From IMG/VR virus record IMGVR_UViG_3300045988_061891: 64,000 bases of DNA, one strand, 5' to 3'. Under the pieces are notes generated by a model. That model was not told where the DNA came from, did no database searches, and was given only the letters and a program-made list of their open reading frames with translations. The translations under genes were made by a program, and so were the position numbers. The stretch is from a virus. How positions within the stretch are numbered: the first letter of the stretch is position 1; each line of letters starts with the position of its first letter. Shown here one piece after another: positions 59,860 to 64,000 of the stretch.

Positions 59860-62800
59860 ATGCAGCAAGATAACCATATATTTCAAGGGCTAAGAAGAGA
59901 TAATCATCCAATAAGACAGGATGCTAAATTTCTTTGGGATGCCCATAATATAAGATTTACAGCCAGGGATGATAATACTTTATTATCAATGACTAATGAA
60001 AGAGGTACAGAACCTATTGATACTGTTGATATTAAAGGTTTATATGTTGGACATTGTATTATAGGGGAATATATAATTGTTTTCACTGAATATAAAAGAG
60101 TAGTTAAAACTAATTATATTTATAGAATTTCTAAAGTAAATGACACTTGGAAAAGTGTACAAATATATGAGGGAGATTTAAAAATGAATTGCAAGAATCC
60201 CCTTCAAACTTTAGGAATATATGAAGGTGATTTAGTACAAAAAGTTTATTGGGTAGATGGCATTAATCAACCAAGAGTTATTAATGTAGTAGCTGATAAA
60301 CTAATATATGATAAAGATATTTCTGAATTAACAAGTACTGAAAAGTCTAAATTATATCCACAAGGATGCTTTGACTTTGTACAAGAGCTGGGTCTTAATG
60401 AAGAGATAACAGTTACTAGAGAAGAAGGTGGTGGAGCATTTCCACCAGGTACTATACAATACGCATTCTCTTATTATAATAAATATGGACAAGAAACTAA
60501 TTTGTTCTATACTACTGAATTATTTAGTACTTCTTTTATAACTAGAGGAGGTAGTCCAGAAGATGTAGTTAATAATACTTTTCATATTTCTATTGAAAAC
60601 CCAGAAACTAGATTTCAATATCTTAGAATCTATTCTATACATAGAACATCTATTGATGCTACACCTACTGTTAAGATAGTTACTGATGTAGAAATTACTA
60701 ATGATTCTACTAAAATAGTATATATTGATACGGGACTAACAGGTAGTAATATAGACCCAACAAAAATGCTTTATATTGGAGGAGAGTCTATTATAGCTGG
60801 AACTATTGCTGAAAAAGATAATACTTTATTTCTAGGTAATATAGAACTTGAAAGACAATCTATTTCAGATGAGATTAAGGATAATCTTAAATTTAAGAAA
60901 GAGAATAATAAAATTACAATAAGTGCATCTTCTAGAGACATAACATTAAATAGTATTAATAATTCAAACTCAGTATACGAATATAATAATCAATTGTCTA
61001 TAGGTAATACATCTACATTTAAAATAGGTGATGTTTATAGATTAGGTGTTCAGTTTCAACATAAGAGTGGAAAGTGGTCAGAACCTTGTTTTATAAAAGA
61101 TTATGTTATTCCTAGAACAAAAAAACCAGAAATAGAAAATGATGTATTAACAGTACCCAGTATTAAAGTAACTATTGATAATGAAACTATAAAATCATTA
61201 GAGGGTCTTGGTTACAAAAAAGCTAGACCTTTAGTAGTTCTTCCTACTGTCTATGATAGAATGGTTATTGCTCAAGGCATATTATGTCCTACTGTATTCA
61301 GTGTAAAAGATAGAGTGTCCAATACTCCATTTGCTCAGTCTTCTTGGTTCTTTAGACCAATGTCTGAAACAAATGATAATTCTATAGATATAGGAAAAGG
61401 AGCAACAGTCTCTTTTGCTCATCTAGAGTCTTTAAAAACAGGAAGTGATAGAGGAGCAGAAATACAGAACATGACTTATATTCCATTTGCGACAGTTAAT
61501 GATGCTGCTAAAAAAGATAGAAGTATAAATAATAGTGCATTCTTTATAGACCAATCTATTGTAACTATGCACTCACCAGATATAGAGTTTGATGATAGTA
61601 CCAAACAAGCTCTGGAGAATGGTGAATTTGAACTTAATATTGTAGGTCTAACAAATTTTAAATCCAATGCTAGTGATATAAGTATTCAGACTTCTTCAAG
61701 TGTTCCATCTCCCAATGATATTGGTTTTTTTCATAAAACATTTCTTACTACAGATTATGAAAATAAAGGTATGGTAGCAGGTATGTTTTATAAAAGTCAT
61801 TTAATTGATGATTCTAAAAATGCCGAGTCATTTGGTGGTTATAACGAAACTGAAAAGAATTGGGAATTAAATTGGCTTGTATATCCTTGGCATAGGTCTG
61901 GGTCATTAAATAATGATATAGTTAGACCAAGTGATAAAGGTACTAGAACTTCTGTATTAAAAAGAAAAGTAATATCTAATATTAGATTTTCTCCTGACAA
62001 TATTTGGTTAAACGATGTGTGGAGTTCTAAGAAGAAAGATAATACTACTGGTATTACACCAATATCTATTTTTAGCAGTAACGAAGTATCTCTTATTAAA
62101 ATTCCAATACCTAAAAACTCAGGTATAAAGGTTCTTAATTATTATGGTAATGTAGACACTTTAATTACAACAGATGATGAATATACATTTTATGTATCTC
62201 CAAACACAGGGGTTGATTTAAATGATTCTGGTGTTGTAGCTAATTCATTTACTAAATACCCGTTACAGAATATAAAAGTAAATTATACATTTTCTGGAGA
62301 TTACCATAAACAATTGCAAACTACTACAGACCCAGTAAGAATGAAATATAAATCTACTGACCATGCTGTATTTGCTTTTGATTATTTAGATAATGCTTCT
62401 CCAGTAATACTACCCAGTATAGAGTTTCTTAATTCTGGTACAGATACATTTATAAATAAGTATACAAATATTAATACTGTCCCATTTTGGTCAAATAAAA
62501 AGGACGATACTCCTTCATTTGTAGTTACAGGAAGAGCACAATATGAAGATATACAAGATATGTCTGGAGTAGCCAATATTGAAGCCCGTATATTAGCTGA
62601 ACTGAACATCACATACAATGATGCTACTACTGATACATATGCTATATGTACTTGTTCTAGTAGACCAGGTGACCCTAACTTCGCTGATTTATATCAAGGA
62701 ACTGGAAACACTACTTCTCCTTGGAAAAAAGTAGAATTAACAAGTGGTGATGTAGATAAAGTATATGAAAGTATGAGTACAGCAACCTATTGGCAAGTAA

Positions 62801-64000
62801 AAAATAATGGAAGTACATTTGTTCTTACCAGACTTAAGACTGAATTAGTGTATTCCGTAAAGCAAGATACTATAAAGGCTCCTGATGATAAACTTTATGC
62901 TTGTCTCTTTTTAGCAGAGTTAAGAAGAAAAGCTGAACCTGCTAACATATTTGGAGGAGACTCTGATGAAGCTTTAAGAAATAATTTGTGGATTCCAGCA
63001 GGAAAACCTGTTAGTTTGAATAAACCTATAGATTTTATATATGGAGATACTTATTATCAAAGATATGATTGTTTAAAGACTTATTCTTTTACAACAGAAG
63101 ATGAGAACAGTGTAGTTGAGATAGCTTCTTTTATGTGTGAATCTAGAGTTAATTTAGATGGTAGATATGATAGAAATAGAGGTCAAATAAGTAACTTAAA
63201 CATGTCTCCACAAAACTTCAATCTTATTAATTCAATATATTCACAGAGAGATAATTTCTTTAATTATAGAATATTAGATAAGAAATATTATAGAAATGTC
63301 AAATATCCTACACAAATATTATGGTCTATGGAAAAATCATATTTAGATGACATAGATATATGGTCTAATATCACCTTAGCCAATTCACTAGACCTTAGTG
63401 GAAGTGCAGGAGCTGTTACTTCTATTGAAGTTTTTAATGATTTGTTAATTGCATTTCAAGAAAAGTCTGTAAACCAAATTTTATTTAATAGTAGAGTACA
63501 AATTCCTACATCAGATGGGGTTCCTGTAGAAATTAGCAATAGTTATAAAGTTGATGGAGCTAGACCAATAAGTACAAATATAGGATGTCAAAGTAAATGG
63601 TCTATAGCTAAATCACCGATAGGTCTTTATTTTATTGACAATACTACAGATACTTTATATTTGTATAATAGTCAACTACAAGATATTAGTACACAATTAG
63701 GTGTAAAATATTGGTTAAGAGAAAACCATCCTACTGATGATTCTTTTATAAGATTAAGTTATGATACTAAGAACAGAGACTTATACTTAAGTCCAAAAAA
63801 CAATGAGTCTCTATGTTATTCAGAACAGCTTGGTCAATTTACATCTTTAATGAGCTATGTAGATGTAATTATGTTTCCAATGGATAATGATTTCTTATCA
63901 TTTAAATGTGATGAAGCATTAAATAAAGTTAGTTTATGGGAGAATTTTAAAGGTCCATATAATAGTTTCTATAATGAAATAAAGTTACCGAGTTTTACAT
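59860..64000 (+). CDS. very large tail/virion structural protein, partial (continues past the window end)
   Basis: Absent from the ORF track because no stop lies in the window. ATG 59860 opens MQQDNHIFQGLRRDNHPIRQDAKFLWDAHNIRF..., and no plus-strand stop-bounded ORF is reported after it. The three minus-strand ORFs inside it look antisense-spurious. Confidence 0.6.
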   Translation, partial: MQQDNHIFQGLRRDNHPIRQDAKFLWDAHNIRFTARDDNTLLSMTNERGTEPIDTVDIKGLYVGHCIIGEYIIVFTEYKRVVKTNYIYRISKVNDTWKSVQIYEGDLKMNCKNPLQTLGIYEGDLVQKVYWVDGINQPRVINVVADKLIYDKDISELTSTEKSKLYPQGCFDFVQELGLNEEITVTREEGGGAFPPGTIQYAFSYYNKYGQETNLFYTTELFSTSFITRGGSPEDVVNNTFHISIENPETRFQYLRIYSIHRTSIDATPTVKIVTDVEITNDSTKIVYIDTGLTGSNIDPTKMLYIGGESIIAGTIAEKDNTLFLGNIELERQSISDEIKDNLKFKKENNKITISASSRDITLNSINNSNSVYEYNNQLSIGNTSTFKIGDVYRLGVQFQHKSGKWSEPCFIKDYVIPRTKKPEIENDVLTVPSIKVTIDNETIKSLEGLGYKKARPLVVLPTVYDRMVIAQGILCPTVFSVKDRVSNTPFAQSSWFFRPMSETNDNSIDIGKGATVSFAHLESLKTGSDRGAEIQNMTYIPFATVNDAAKKDRSINNSAFFIDQSIVTMHSPDIEFDDSTKQALENGEFELNIVGLTNFKSNASDISIQTSSSVPSPNDIGFFHKTFLTTDYENKGMVAGMFYKSHLIDDSKNAESFGGYNETEKNWELNWLVYPWHRSGSLNNDIVRPSDKGTRTSVLKRKVISNIRFSPDNIWLNDVWSSKKKDNTTGITPISIFSSNEVSLIKIPIPKNSGIKVLNYYGNVDTLITTDDEYTFYVSPNTGVDLNDSGVVANSFTKYPLQNIKVNYTFSGDYHKQLQTTTDPVRMKYKSTDHAVFAFDYLDNASPVILPSIEFLNSGTDTFINKYTNINTVPFWSNKKDDTPSFVVTGRAQYEDIQDMSGVANIEARILAELNITYNDATTDTYAICTCSSRPGDPNFADLYQGTGNTTSPWKKVELTSGDVDKVYESMSTATYWQVKNNGSTFVLTRLKTELVYSVKQDTIKAPDDKLYACLFLAELRRKAEPANIFGGDSDEALRNNLWIPAGKPVSLNKPIDFIYGDTYYQRYDCLKTYSFTTEDENSVVEIASFMCESRVNLDGRYDRNRGQISNLNMSPQNFNLINSIYSQRDNFFNYRILDKKYYRNVKYPTQILWSMEKSYLDDIDIWSNITLANSLDLSGSAGAVTSIEVFNDLLIAFQEKSVNQILFNSRVQIPTSDGVPVEISNSYKVDGARPISTNIGCQSKWSIAKSPIGLYFIDNTTDTLYLYNSQLQDISTQLGVKYWLRENHPTDDSFIRLSYDTKNRDLYLSPKNNESLCYSEQLGQFTSLMSYVDVIMFPMDNDFLSFKCDEALNKVSLWENFKGPYNSFYNEIKLPSFT

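Noticed and set aside
1-64000. Lysogeny module (integrase, repressor, attP at a tRNA).
   Set aside because: No integrase- or recombinase-like ORF was recognised. The duplicated tRNA 3' end at 27300 is better explained by the adjacent HNH cassette.

Overview
AT-rich dsDNA phage segment with two divergent arms. It most likely comes from a crAss-like (Crassvirales-type) phage of Bacteroidales, inferred from gene content and Bacteroidetes-type TTTG/TAnnTTTG promoters; no search was run. The minus-strand arm (1-23011) carries replication and accessory genes: JAB/MPN peptidase, Toprim primase, P-loop ATPase, DnaB-like helicase, SF2 helicase, PurA-like enzyme, glucosaminidase, SPFH lipoprotein, a DUF2828/vWA protein and many small ORFs. 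The plus-strand arm (23170-64000) starts with an array of about 21 tRNA genes interleaved with an FTR-like gene, an amidase endolysin and an HNH endonuclease. It continues into a packaging and virion module: large terminase, portal, fibre-like proteins, a 2104-aa multidomain tail protein, major capsid candidate and a virion lysozyme. Three observations stand out. (1) The DnaB-like helicase is split inside its Walker A motif by a roughly 910-nt group I intron carrying a GIY-YIG homing endonuclease. (2) An RNA cluster at 13.0-13.9 kb (minus strand) holds conventional tRNAs next to a circularly permuted tRNA-Asp, an interrupted tRNA-Lys and two tRNA-shaped RNAs without a normal anticodon arm. Each unit carries an exact ACTTACAA box, and the cluster sits directly downstream of the vWA protein. 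(3) There is mosaicism and homing-endonuclease traffic: an HNH cassette flanked by duplicated tRNA 3' ends, a GIY-YIG remnant and a GC-rich island in a fibre gene. All tRNA and RNA calls are hand-folded cloverleaves with ends accurate to about 2 nt. All protein functions come from motifs read in the ORF translations, not from database searches.
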